DNA of 62,501 nt, filler included, from Rhabdomonas costata (taxonomy: Eukaryota), in NCBI GenBank assembly GCA_019059605.1. It is 32 parts of 32 records of this genome, joined end to end, with 100 filler letters (N's around TTAATTAATTAA, not from the genome) between each part and the next. Parts side by side here need not be neighbours in the genome. Positions count along the whole stretch, not along the records: positions 1 to 1,855 come from JAHMHO010008127.1; positions 1,956 to 3,812 come from JAHMHO010008128.1; positions 3,913 to 5,769 come from JAHMHO010008129.1; positions 5,870 to 7,726 come from JAHMHO010008130.1; positions 7,827 to 9,683 come from JAHMHO010008131.1; positions 9,784 to 11,640 come from JAHMHO010008132.1; positions 11,741 to 13,571 come from JAHMHO010008133.1; 25 more parts are not named here. One strand, given 5' to 3'. The notes below the pieces were generated by a model. That model did not search any database. It had not been told where the DNA came from and was given only the letters and a program-made list of their open reading frames with translations. The position numbers and the translations under genes are program-made. Positions 1 through 12,402 of the stretch are shown one piece after another (positions within the stretch are counted from its first letter, which is position 1; the number at the start of each line of letters is the position of its first letter).

Positions 1-593
1 AATCGAGCGAGGTTGATGCGGAGGTAATCCATTGCTTTTTATTTCACTGCCGCTACCCTTTGTCTTCCCTTTCTCTTTTGCTTGCGGGCTCTATTGCGCG
101 GGATCGTTTTAAAAGAATCTAATTTTCCTTTAGCACTGCCAAAAAAAATAGGGCTTAATTTCGGAGTTTTGGCAATTCTAAATTCTGCTATGGGTAGGTC
201 TCGTCTCCGGCTACAGTAATGGCGCGGCCCTTTCGTTCCATCCGGGTATCTCCCCCCAAACCACACCCCCTACGCACGTGCCCCAGTGCTTCACTGCTTC
301 CATCTTCTTTCGCAGGCATTCCTGTGGCGGGTGTTGCAGATCCTCCCGTAACTGGCATCCCAATGCTTCCAGGCGTTGGCCCTCGGACCACCCCTCAGGG
401 TTTGCCCCATTCGCTCCTGTAAAGTGTTTCCTTCGTCTTCCTCCGTCGTTCTCTACGCTTTCTAAAGATCTTCGAATGTTTTTATTTCGGGCTGGTCGCA
501 ACTGTTTTTTGGCGTTTAACACCATTCCCAGGTGCATTTTATTCCGTGGTTCTTGTCGGCTCGACGTGTGACGCCTCGATCTCACCGTCTCAG

Positions 594-811
594 GGTACAA
601 GATCATCATGTGGCTCTTCGGGGCGTACCTTGTGCTGCTGGTGTTCCTTGTGGGGTTCAACATCGGGCCCCCACCTGCTGTGGCCTGCGTGGCGCTGCTG
701 CTGCCATCCGCGGGCTTCGTGATGTGGGTGGTGCGGCGACAGGCCATGTACCTTGGCGTGGGCGAGGTCGTCCGAACCTACGCCTATGGGTTCATCCTGG
801 GCTTTGTGCTG
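594..811 (+). CDS. Internal exon of a multi-pass membrane protein (possibly PrsW/M82-like N-terminal region)
   Basis: ctcag|...|gtgtgt boundaries and GC3-rich codons; YKIIMWLFGAYLVLLVFLVGFNIG...RTYAYGFILGFVL has hydrophobic helices. The family guess is weak. Confidence 0.5.
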
Positions 812-861
812 GTGTGTGGTCGCTGAATTCGATAGGGAGAGTTTCCTTCGGAAACTTTTGT

Positions 862-1833
862 TTCTCCGCCCGCCAGAAAGAAGACCAGAAGCACCCAGTG
901 AACTTTTCTAGTACTTGCACAACCCAACGGGATTGTGCACAGCACTGTTGCCGTAGCAGTTTGAGACTGCAGGGTTACACTGGAGGAAATGTAGAGAGAA
1001 GGGTGGAGAGAAAGAGAAGTTTTGATGGCCGAAATACAGAAAGAGAAAGAATAGTTGGTGAAAGGTAGCTGGATACCAAAGAAACTGCAGTTAATCTTTG
1101 GCCAAGTCCACATTCGAATGCAAGCACCCACCTCCACTTCGCAGCCAAGCACCGCTCCCCACACGATCTCTTCATCTCTTGTGTAAAGGAGCTTGAGTGG
1201 GGTGGGGATGCCAGAAAAGTTTACTAAAAGAGGAAACGCTCGTATGATGGTGGGCAGTGGAGACTTGGCACTGAAGGAGCTAGAAAGCAAATTCTTAGCG
1301 ATTCAATACTGTTGATGGGGCTTTTTGAATCCAGCTTTGCCATTTGTTTCAGTCAACGTTTGTTTCGTCACGTGACTGTCACCACCTTGCATAATGTTGA
1401 AAACCGTGGTTGAAAACCCTCTGTATGGGCGCGCAACGTGCAGCCGCTTCCTCCAATCACAAATCGAGCTACGGTATTTTCGCCGACGCTTTGGGTGCAT
1501 CGGTGCTTGACTCTGAATAGCTACTTTCCCAACGAATGATCGCCACACACGTCAAGGTAGAATTATTCTCCGCCCGCCAGAAAGAAGACCAGAAGCACCC
1601 AGTGAACTTTTCTAGTACTTGCACAACCCAACGGGATTGTGCACAGCACTGTTGCCGTAGCAGTTTGAGACTGCAGGGTTACACTGGAGGAAATGTAGAG
1701 AGAAGGGTGGAGAGAAAGAGAAGTTTTGATGGCCGAAATACAGAAAGAGAAGGACTAGTTGGTGAAAGGTAGCTGGATACCAAAGAAGCTGCAGTTAATC
1801 GTTGGCCAAGTCCACATTCGAATGCAAGCACCC
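862..1833 (+). repeat. Direct duplication of about 268 bp (862-1129 and 1566-1833)
   Basis: Two near-identical copies 704 bp apart with about 4 substitutions, e.g. aagaatag/aggactag and gaaactgc/gaagctgc. Confidence 0.95.
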
Positions 1834-1855
1834 CCCCACCCAAACACACAACACA

Positions 1856-1955
1856 NNNNNNNNNNNNNNNNNNNNNNNNNNNNNNNNNNNNNNNNNNNNT
1901 TAATTAATTAANNNNNNNNNNNNNNNNNNNNNNNNNNNNNNNNNNNNNNNNNNNN
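1856..1955. other. Artificial contig spacer (first of 31): 44 N + TTAATTAATTAA + 44 N
   Basis: The same 100-nt linker, with stops in all six frames, recurs about every 1.95 kb and splits the window into 32 contigs. Confidence 0.99.
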
Positions 1956-2266
1956 GTTTGTTTTTGGGGATGAGCTGGGAGATGGCGTGGGTGTGGAGGT
2001 TGAAGTTGAAGAAGGAGTCGGACTGCACGTGGGCGTAGCTGTGGGTGTGCTTGTAGGGGAGCCTGTCGGTGAAGAAGAGGGGGACGATGAGGGTGTCGCA
2101 GTTGGAGACAGGGTAGAAGTTGACGTGGGCGTCGGTGTGGGGGACGCACTGGGAGTCACGGTTGGAGTTGGTGAAGGGGTTGGAGTTGCCGTTTGAGAAG
2201 AGCTGGGTGAGGATGTCGGTGAGGTAGTTGGTGTGTACGTGGGAGAGAAAGATGGTGTCAGTGTTG
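1956..2266 (-). CDS. Ser/Thr/Pro-rich mucin-like exon (partial)
   Basis: ctgtcag acceptor then an open frame TLTPSFSPTYTPTTSPTSSPSSSQTATPTPSPTPT... to the contig end, with varied synonymous codons. Confidence 0.7.
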
Positions 2267-3956
2267 CTGACAGGAAATGGGAAATGGGCGTGAAACTTGA
2301 GGCATGGTCTGGATTCCTTTGGAGGTATTTCTGCTAAATGTTTGCGGAACGTCCACTGGACCAGTGACAAGCAACACGAAACCGAAATCGCGCAGTTGCA
2401 AGGGTTAAACGGCAGACGGGTGCTTGTTTCTTATTGAGAGCGGTTCGCGCAGGTCGCGAGGAACGGGGGGTGGGGGGGTAAAATCCAAGCAGAAACCATA
2501 GATGCAGCTTGCCCGCTGGCAAAACAACGGCCTTGGAAATGCCACACATTCCATCCCATACTTGGGGGACTGTATGAGGATCAGGAGATCAGAATCACAA
2601 CAAAACCAAATAGGTTTTCACTAGAAAGCGAAAACATCAACTCTAGTCTCAAGGTCTATGGCCCGTGCCACACTGAAAATGATAGGTAAAAAACTGTAAT
2701 CGACACCTTTTGGACTTGAAAGGGGAGTTAAGGATAGTGAAGAGTCTCACTTTGCAAACCAAATCATCACGATTGCCTGACGAGCCTCCATCCCCCCCCC
2801 CCTCCGAGCGGATTGCTTACTGCTCTTACTCCTCCACCGTGTTGACTGTGCTTTCCAAAAAAAACTGTGCTTGTACAGCCTTGCGGTTTTCTATTGGTGT
2901 TCTGCCGTTTGATTCTTGAAGTGCGCTTGCAACTTCGTAGTGTGACCCGCGGGTGTGTTACTTCGCAAACCTATGCATTAATGGTCCCGTCTAGAATCTC
3001 TTAGAAAACACTCTTTGGCACGGCGAAATGGAATTGGATTCTACTCCGATTGAGTTCGACTGCCAAGCTGGTAGCCATGTGTGGTAGTTGACCCATATAT
3101 ATCGTCCTTCCTGGATCTCTGTGCTGCGCCTACAGATGCATGATTATTTTCATGCCAATGGCACGTGGAACTATTTTTAACAAGGTACCGTAGTACCGAG
3201 ACGCATAATCAAAGAGTTTACAAAGGACAACTGTTAAAGAGAAAGGAAGCAGAGGAAACGGCAAGAAGCGACCCCGATTGGAGGGAGGGGTCTTAATCGG
3301 GTGGGCAGCAGAAGCACAAGCCCAGCTGAGTGCTTCAATAAAGCGTGCAAAAGAAGATGTGGGCGGGGTAACATCCACATAAACACATCTAGTCTACGTT
3401 CTCGTATTCACAAGGAAGGGAACCCAACACTGCCCACCCAAGCTGGTGCCCAATTGCTGCCGCCGAACCTGCGGAGGCTCGGCCCCAGAGAGCGGGTTAC
3501 AATTCAGAGGCCGAGCCCCATTACGGGAACGGGAACGGTAACGGCAGAGCAGACCCTTAAGAAAGACCTCCGCGTGTGGCTCACAGGCGAAAGTTGTATT
3601 GCCCACCACAATTGCGCAAGTGCCCGCCTACAGGGCTACCTTCTGCGCGCCATGGAGGACCCGGGGGGCAAACTGAATTGGGCCGCAAGTTGCAGCTCGT
3701 TCACCACAGAAAGGTCAACAGCGTGGTTTCGGCCCTTGTCGTAGCCCAGGAGCAAGGCGTCCGCTGGGCGAAGGTTGGAATCTGGCGAAACTCGCTGCTC
3801 CACCCCCACCACNNNNNNNNNNNNNNNNNNNNNNNNNNNNNNNNNNNNNNNNNNNNTTAATTAATTAANNNNNNNNNNNNNNNNNNNNNNNNNNNNNNNN
3901 NNNNNNNNNNNNTGTTGTGTGGCTTCGAGGGAGGTTGTTCATTTCTCATCGCTTAG

Positions 3957-4568
3957 GTTGGCGTGGAAGTCTATGATGGAGGCAACCCCATCGTCAAGGG
4001 CAATGCTGTGCACCACAACGTGTACGGCATCCACGTTCATAGGTGGGCCCTTCTCTTTGTTCTTCGCTCAAATATATGTACTTGTGTGACATGAATTGAC
4101 CGGAGTGAAGGCACCGGTGTCTTCCAGGGATGAATGGCGTCGATTTCGAATGGTTTTCCGTCATGACTTTGGTCTTTGCGGACTTTGATCCCTTTCCATT
4201 CGCCCCTTTCATAGCTCGGGCTTTTTTCCTTGTTTGGCTTGCCATATGCCCTCTCTTCTCACTGGCCATTCGTTTCCTGAAGCGTCTAAAAAGCCCAAGC
4301 CCATCTTTTCTCTGCTTGTTTGCTTTATTTGTGTGTCACTGCTGCCGCAATAATTCCTCACAGTCACGGGGAAGGCGAGTTCCAGGGCAACAGTCTGTTT
4401 GCGAACACCACCCCCGCTGTGCTGACCACGGCCCAGGGCAACCCGAAGCTCCGCCACAACCACATCCACCGCAACCTGGCTGCCGGGGTGCTGGCCGAGA
4501 GCGGCGGCCAGGGTACTTTTGAAGCCAACGTGGTCTCCGAGAATCAGGGCCCAGGGATCCGCATTGAG
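3957..4568 (+). CDS. Right-handed beta-helix (PbH1/CASH) repeat protein, FBXO11-like; 2 exons
   Basis: Exons 3957-4042 and 4364-4568 join in phase through GT-AG: VGVEVYDGGNPIVKGNAVHHNVYGIHVHSHGEGEFQGNSLFAN...GNPKLRHNHIHRNLAAGVLAESGGQGTFEANVVSENQGPGIRIE. Confidence 0.85.
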
Positions 4569-7500
4569 GTCTCCTGCCTCTCCACGTCCTCGTTGCTCAT
4601 ATCACCCCAAAACGTTCAAAAGTCGTCCCGCACAGCTACTTTCGAGCACGTGTTCCTGTGGTGAGCAGCCTTCTGCCGTAGATATTGCCATTTTTATATC
4701 AGAACGGTGAGGTAGTATCACCCTTTTGGATTTTTAAAGGGAGGAAAAAGGGAAGGAAAAATCCTGTTGTGAAGTATGCTGGAATGTGCTGCCATCGGAG
4801 CGATATGAACCCCACCACTTTTTCTGCGCTGTGGAGGCGCTTTGATTTTTAAATTTGTACAACTGCGACTGCCTTTTTTGCTGTGACACTTTTTACAAGA
4901 ATGACTATTACGTATATCTGTATATTGAACTGATCGGAGTAGTAAAGTTGGTGGTCGTGCCATGCTGAGCACCGAGGGTACTGCAAGGTGCCTGGAAGAC
5001 GCACACAGCGCTCTGTCAGGGTGAAATGATTCTTTTAACTTAGGGTAGATCTCGTTTTGGACAATTCGGGAACGCACCACATTGGAGTGGATTCCGGTGC
5101 CCCCTTCTATTCTTGCAAATACTGCGTGTTATGAGATCGAGGTCTCTCCGTCGACAGCCTTCTCCGGAATCGCTTTTCACGGTCTTCCTTCGGTGTTCCT
5201 TCAGTGTTCTTTGTGTGGTTTGCTTTTGTCTTCCATTTCAGGGAGGCGGTTGTCCGACAGTTTCGAAGTGCTTCGTATGTTTGTGTGAGTGGGCGCTTGT
5301 GCAACTCGTTTTTTTTTGCATTGACGCGAAACTCGGCGATACGTTTTTGTGTGTCGTAGCTCCATTTGCGCTGGCACAGCCGTTTGCAGTTGATGCGAAC
5401 TCTCAGTTCAGATGGGTTGTGTCACAGCTGCTGCAATTTTCCGTCTTTGGTGTCTGTCGGGGCAGCCAATTTAGCAGAAGCAATGCAGACAGCAGATGCA
5501 GCCCACCAGTTTAATTCCACAAAAAGTTCCAGGCAACAAAGCGAGCTGCGATCCAAAACCCCGCTTCCGTAACAATCCAAATAATAAACGACCATAGTCT
5601 CGGTCCACTCTGCAGGACAGCAGGACAGAGTCACTTCAGCGATTTAATGCACTGCGTTTCTTTTGTGTTGTGTGCGCGTGCCCAAATAGTGTGCTCGCGT
5701 GCGAAAACGTTACGCAATTTCTGCCACCTGTCTTGCCCCCACCCCCCCAACACCCAAACACACCCCACANNNNNNNNNNNNNNNNNNNNNNNNNNNNNNN
5801 NNNNNNNNNNNNNTTAATTAATTAANNNNNNNNNNNNNNNNNNNNNNNNNNNNNNNNNNNNNNNNNNNNCAAAAACCTTCTTTTTTTCCATGGTTTTTAT
5901 CGCGACACTGCGTTGCCGTCTCCGTATCGCGCCGTCCGTCTTCCCGGTCTTTCTTCTTCTTTCGTGCTCTCCGGGTCGCCTTTCCGGACAAAAAAACATT
6001 TCCGAAACAACCTACAACAACCACCACCCCAAGGGACGAAGTCAAGGAGCGCAGGACGAAGTCAAGGAGGGGGGAAATGGGTCCCCAAACCCCGTCATCA
6101 AATCAAAAAGCACCCGTAAAAGGGATCGGCCAATCATCAGCATACCGAAGTACGTCCTGTGCCCAATTATTGCCCAAGAAAACCCTGCGCCTTTGTAACC
6201 TCTGTATGAACCCCCCCTTGACCACAAAAAGACCGCAATGACACGGTTAAAGTGCATTCAAAAGCTGTCTTGCAGACCGATTGCGGACCCGCAGAAGGGC
6301 AGAACCAGAAACGGAGTGGATGTCGCGCAACCAGGGATACACCGGCTTGTCTGGCGTTGGGGCTGGGCCTGGTTCCTTGCCGGCGGGTTGACGGAACCTG
6401 AGCAGTAACCCACCCGTGGGCGGTTTTTCGCTCTTCTCGCTCTCGTTCTCGCTGCTCTCGCGCCCGTTGTCCACCTCAGTGGTCTTCCACACCGCGGCAC
6501 ATTTTCGTCCTTTCCAGGTTTCTGGGTCTTCTTGATCGTGCTTGATTTACCCCTTCCAGCGCGACCGCATCCCGCTGGTGATATATACTTCTCCTTGAAG
6601 CAGCCCAACAAGATCTCGTACCGGCGGTTAAGCCGAGCTGCCTTGACTGTCTTGACTGGACGAGGCCAACTGCAGGAACCGTGTCTCTAAGTCTTCCTTC
6701 AGGCTACCAACGACAGCAGGAGTGGCATGCCCGACAAGCTTAATGGCATATGCGGTAGGTTTGGGCCCCACCTGTGGGGTAGGTGGGTAGGTAGATGCAT
6801 CCATGGTCGGCCTCGGCGGCCTTCACTTCGCGTATTCCTATATCGTGGTTCATCACACGTAGGCCATGCCACGCTAGGGGCATGGTAGTAGTATAGAGTA
6901 GTAGTTGCAGTGGCGCATGCGTAGTAGATGCACCTGCGGTTACCTGCGGTATTTTTCGCGTGAGCGTTTGTGTTTTGGGGGTGGTTTATGCACTCTGCGT
7001 CAGATGTCGGTATGCTGGGCAGTCTTGGTAGTAGTTATGCGTAGTGGTGTTGGGAGCGGGCATTTCGGGCGTGGTATTTGTGGTTTGTGTTTTGTAATTG
7101 TGGTTGGGAATCGGAGTCTAGTTCGTGGTTAGGGTTCGGTATTTGGGGCTGGAAGGCCAAAACAGTGCCGTGTCGCTGTCGTGAACTTTCGGGTCTCCAT
7201 TGTTGCTGGGTGTATGCGGGGGTTCGTAGCGTGTTTCATGAAGAGTGGGATTGTCGGCGCTTGGTCTTCGGGTTCATGATTCGGCATTCGGGTTCGGAAT
7301 TCGGTATTTTTGGTTGCTTCTCTTGGCCTTCTGTTTACGCTGTTCCTTCGCTACCGCATTTTATACTACAATGATGTTGTTTATTGAATCTGTGTTGTTG
7401 AATATGACTTGAATATAGAATGTGTGTGATGAATTTACGTGGTTGACTTCCAATTTTGGCGCGGTACCGCTTCAACTGAGGGGTGAGTTAGGGTTCGGAT

Positions 7501-9365
7501 GTGTTTGTTACTTTTAGTGTGGCTCCGGTTCGTCTACTGCGATTTCTCCTCTCCTTGTGGTCGCGGCTTCGGGTTTTCATTTGACTCCGGTGTGATCCAC
7601 TGTGCTTTTGGTGTGGGTGGTGTGTATTCTTTGGCAGTCTCCGGTGTTATCCTTGGTGCAGGTGGTGTGCAAATGGTCGGTGACACTATCTGGCGTGTTT
7701 GCTTCTATACATTTGTAAACCAACACNNNNNNNNNNNNNNNNNNNNNNNNNNNNNNNNNNNNNNNNNNNNTTAATTAATTAANNNNNNNNNNNNNNNNNN
7801 NNNNNNNNNNNNNNNNNNNNNNNNNNTTGTGTTTGTTTGGGAAATGCCAACCTGATAAACGGGAAGGGTCAGGATGTTGCAATGTGTGGGGGTTGCGGCT
7901 GTGGTGAGGGTTCTGTGGTTCGGATTTATGGGATTTATGGGGGCGTGAGGCACCGGGGTCAGCATGGAGATGGCTTGGGTGTACGCGTCCTGCATCAGGT
8001 CAGCGGCTGGCTTGGGATACAATAAAAAACCTGGGTTTTTTCAGTTGTTTTTTTTTTGAAAAAAAATAACGGGTTTTTTGCAGCCATGCCCCTCTCCCAA
8101 GGCGGTCTCTCCTCCGCCGCAGTGTGCAGATCTCGTTGAATTTCTTCAAGCCCCAGTCCAACTTCTGCTTTCGCCTCCCATGCCCAGTTGCGGGCTCTCC
8201 CCACACAAGCTCGGTTGCTCGCAGACATGGCCTCGCTAACATTGAGACATTGTCCAAACCTCCCCTGGGTTACCTTCCCTGCTACCAGCACGCAACTTTG
8301 CCAACCGCTTTTTGAAAATAACAAATTGGGTGGTATGGTAATTCCTCACCGCTTTTTTCTTGAGGGCCACTGATTAAATCGTGAACGGACAGTTCACGAA
8401 GTTCCAGTTTCCAAAAGCCCTCCAACTTCAACCTGGACAAAGAAGAAAGATATTTCGGAAACGGCAAAAAGCTCCTTCTGTTCTGCTTTGATTGGAGACG
8501 CGCTGCGTCATTTTCCTTAATGCAACAACATTTAGCAATTTCGGTGATAATAACGCAGCGAAGATCCCATTCCTCCAGCCATTCCTCCACCACAGTTGGA
8601 TACAGCAAAAAAAACGCCAGCATTCAAGGGTAGTCAGTCCACAACCACAGAAAGTCCCTTCCAACTTAAATTCTCTGTGCATAGCTTTCAACGCGTCCAG
8701 AATCTCATCGAACTATACAGTTCTATGTTAAAAATGCATTTCCTTCGGAAACGTCCGTGTTCTTCCCATCACAAAGCCAGTGTGCAAACATCACTCATCA
8801 CTGTTGTCTACAGGAAATTGTGTGGAGTGAGTAGCGTGAAATGTGTTTGTGTGTTGACTGGAGTTGTGCAGTTGGGTTCGGAAATTGGATCGTCATTCGT
8901 TTCGGTCATTTTCCCCGCATTTGCTCTGCGGTGGTCGGCAATCGAATCGACAGTCGATCCACAACGCGAAATTTCAGTAATCGAGCTCCATTTGGAGGAA
9001 AATCTTCCGTTGGAAATGGGCACAAAATAAATTGTACGGTATTCGCTAATTCACGCAGTCTAGAACAGCTCTAATCAATTATTGTTAAAGTTCCGTGAAG
9101 CAAAATGATAAGCAGAGGCTCGCATCGTTATTTTATACTCATTTTTGTTTACGTTTATGGCACCTTATATCTGGTGAAAATTGGTCCTGAAAATCCCCGT
9201 CAAGGAAGTCATTTCCTTGCCATCCTTGTTCAAAATGTATTGCGACACTTTGCCGACGTTGTTTGTTATCTCGCGGTTTTGGGAACCCGGCGCGGTTTTG
9301 TTTTAGCACTTGTCTTTTTTTACTCAGGTCGGTTCGGTCCCTTTGATCACTGTTCTCCACAGACA

Positions 9366-9683
9366 ATGCACTACGAACATCACCAACGGCTAGTTGAAGC
9401 CTCTAATGCGCCTTTCGTGGCGGATAGTGCTACTAGTGCTCCCCCTCAAGCAGCTCGTTTTGACGCACCCCACGTGCCACAAGCGCACGCTACGCGGCCC
9501 CAGTGTTCTTGCTGCAAGCAAGAATACGGCGGTTCTGGGTGCGGCGATCCTCGGCTTTTGCAATGTGGTCACTCCTTCTGCTTGAATTGCCTTCTTCAGA
9601 TGCGTTCCGGCCACCTGCAAGTGACCTGCAAAGACTGCTGCACCGTGACCACCCTCAGCCCCAAAGAGGATATCCACAAACCC
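9366..9683 (+). CDS. RING-HC zinc finger protein, 5' part
   Basis: CSCC...PRLLQCGHSFCLNCL...VTCKDC pattern; the ATG follows a pyrimidine tract and CAG at 9360-9362; cut by the contig end. Confidence 0.85.
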
Positions 9684-9839
9684 NNNNNNNNNNNNNNNNN
9701 NNNNNNNNNNNNNNNNNNNNNNNNNNNTTAATTAATTAANNNNNNNNNNNNNNNNNNNNNNNNNNNNNNNNNNNNNNNNNNNNGTTTGTGTTGTGCGGCA
9801 GCTGTAAAGCGACCTTTGATTCTCACTTCCTCTCACTCC

Positions 9840-11273
9840 CTCTTCTCTGGTTTTTGGCAGTGGCAGTCAAGTCAAGGACGCAGGCAAACTTCAGCAGAGT
9901 AACGGTGGCTTCCGTGCTGAGCCCCGCCAACGCCACTTCCAAGGGCTCATCCACGGCGGATGTCCCTCTCACAATCACGTCCATCACTGTGACCAATGAA
10001 ATGGTACGCAAATACACATTCGCAAATCCAAAGCAGTGTGCCACAACGTGACCGGCACAGCAGTGAGTGGCGTGGCACCTGTTTGATCAGCAAAAAGGGG
10101 CGAGCGTAGCCCACAGTGTCGGTCATTTTACATCGCTTTATGGCGACCTCGCGGTATCATGTTGCGGCTTTACTTGTTTTACTTGGCGCCACCCGGCACG
10201 ACTTCACTCTGTACCAGAGGAAATTTGGGCAAGCTCGCTTCTCAGATCAAAACGGCTGGCGGAGACCAAAGCTGGATAAACATGTCAGGAATCGCGGAGT
10301 GGTGGCATTTGATTTGGGTGACTGGGACAGTGTATGCGTTTGCATATGTTTGTGTATGTTTGTGCGCGAAAGAAAAGGACGGAGGAGTACGCAACTTCGC
10401 AATCTAACACTCGCCTGTGAAGAGATTCGACATAGGAGGACCCGAGGGCCATGAGAGAATGCCACAAGAGTGAGCTGAACGGGAAATTGGGAACGGGCAC
10501 AACAAGCGTACAATGGTGAGCGGCCTCCACGTTGGGCGCCGTGTTCTGGGCCAAGGTGGCCGCGCAAGCCAAGGCCTTGGACACGGAACGCGGGCGGATG
10601 CACTGGAAGCGGCCAAAATAAAGCGGCAGCAGGGTGGCGTGCTGCTCAGGATGCTGCAGGATCGCCTCAAGCAAGCCCTCAAAGTCGGGCTCGTTGAGAA
10701 CACCATGCTGCACCCACCCACCCACTAAGTACACCAATACGTCTCTGCCATCGCCAAAATCCCTAGGAATGCGCTGGGAGGTGGTGTTGATGCGCTGGGA
10801 GGTGGAGGAGGTGTAGAAGATGTTGTCAGGAGGAATGTCTCGTCGGGAGTTTTGATGCTGTGTATTGACTGGAACTTTGCTGCTGAAACTTTGGTGCGCT
10901 GAATCGGATACCGAAAGTGACTGTTGGGGGAGAAACAGCTAGGAATGATAGCTGGGCCTGTTATTAAATGCTTTAATATAACGCCACGCCAAGAGGTTTT
11001 GCACAACTCATGAACAAACAGGTAGAGTACCTTGTAAATACGGGAGCTTGGGTTCACCGCAGTATTCCGGGATGGCACTGAATGCTACAGTGTCACCCAC
11101 CGAGAGACCGTATGGCAACTATTTGGGGTCATGCGTGCAGATGCGACGCTTGGAAGCAAAAAACGATGAAGGCAGTAAAAAACCGCAGTGTCCAGCAGCC
11201 GTTGGAGTTCAGCCCAGTTCTTCGTAGAAGCTGCTGCCCTCACTCCCTGCAACAGCTTGGGGTAGCTGTCCCT
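9840..11273 (-). CDS. Helical protein, 3 exons; resembles the NOL11/Utp8 C-terminal region
   Basis: Phase-compatible GT-AG exons 11273-11184, 10707-10512 and 9986-~9840 (last end uncertain): WAELQRLLDTAHGVLNEPDFEGLLEAILQHPEQHATLLPLYFGRFQCIRPRSVSKAL...LMDVIVRGTSAVDEPLEVALAGLSTEATVTLLKF. Exon structure is solid; the family call is recalled similarity only. Confidence 0.5.
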
Positions 11274-12027
11274 CTGGAAACACAGCAGTGAGGATGCGGA
11301 GATGAGAAGCAGGTGATATGTGAAGGTTTTGCGCAAAACACGCCCGACCGCGCAGGCAAGAAACGTCCTTCCAAGTTTAAGCGGGTTTGGAAACCCGCCC
11401 AATTCTCTGGATACCGGCACACCTGCATAGAAGGAGGGAATGGGGGGTCATCCACAGTTGGGGAGGGGTTATCGGCGTGCTGGGCACCTACCACCGTTAT
11501 ACGGCTAAGACCATTTAACGCTTCCTGAGGGCTTTCCCTACATCCCCAGACTCCTCGCACCTGCACTGCCTTCTAATATCCCACGAGATTCCTAGTCGTG
11601 TCCCAGGTCCAAACCTCTCATCCTTAACCGCAACACAAAANNNNNNNNNNNNNNNNNNNNNNNNNNNNNNNNNNNNNNNNNNNNTTAATTAATTAANNNN
11701 NNNNNNNNNNNNNNNNNNNNNNNNNNNNNNNNNNNNNNNNCGCACCCGCGAGAAGAGCTGCCGCGCGTGAGCGTCGAACTGTGGGGAGGCCAGCACTGGC
11801 GAGCCCCCGGGGAGCGTCCTGGGAACGGCCACGGGGAGAACCGCCACGGGCCGCACCGCTGCAAATGTTGCCCGCCTGTGGGCGGGACCAACGCCACACA
11901 AGTATACCGCAGTGATACCGGAGTGAGTGCTTATGATGTGCCAGTGCTTGGGAAGTTGCTGCTCAGCAAGGTTTCTTTCAAGTGAGGTGAGGCTCTGTCG
12001 GAAGCCCACAGGGGGTAACCAGCCGAC

Positions 12028-12402
12028 CTGTCCTCATCGGAGATAAACCCGTAGTTGTTGGTGTGCTTGACGTAGTTCCCGGTCAGGTAGGGCTCGACCT
12101 GGAGTAGGGGCTGGTTTTGCCTGCCAATATAAAGCCAAAGGCCACGCATTCAGGAGCGAAGGAGATGCCCAAAGCTTTAGTCTGGAACGACGGGCTTCAG
12201 CCCGGGCCCGATCAAACTCACATCCAAATTTGCCGGAAGCATTGGCGCCAAGATACGGCGGAACATAACTTCAGTGTGTGATGTGTGACAACAGGCAGAA
12301 GCAATTACCTCTCCAGGCAGGATCAGGAAGGCCTTCACGAACTGCACCCGCTTCGGGGGGTTGCGCTTGTTGAACTCCTCCGCGACGCGGTTGGCGAAGG
12401 TC
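12028..12402 (-). pseudogene. Alpha-kinase (eEF2K/MHCK family) fragment, disrupted
   Basis: TFANRVAEEFNKRNPPKRVQFVKAFLI (12402-12309) and QNQPLLQVEPYLTGNYVKHTNNYGFISDEDR (12120-12028). The phases mismatch across the intron unless a weaker acceptor is used, and the 5' end is fused out of frame to an unrelated exon. Confidence 0.8.

Noticed and set aside
3301-3812. GC-rich overlapping ORFs at the end of contig 2 as a transposon gene
   Set aside because: No diagnostic RT, integrase or recombinase motif is visible.
6247-6804. Minus-strand frame from ATG ~6804 interrupted by two TAA codons
   Set aside because: No recognisable domain or codon bias; more likely decayed repeat or transposon sequence than read-through.
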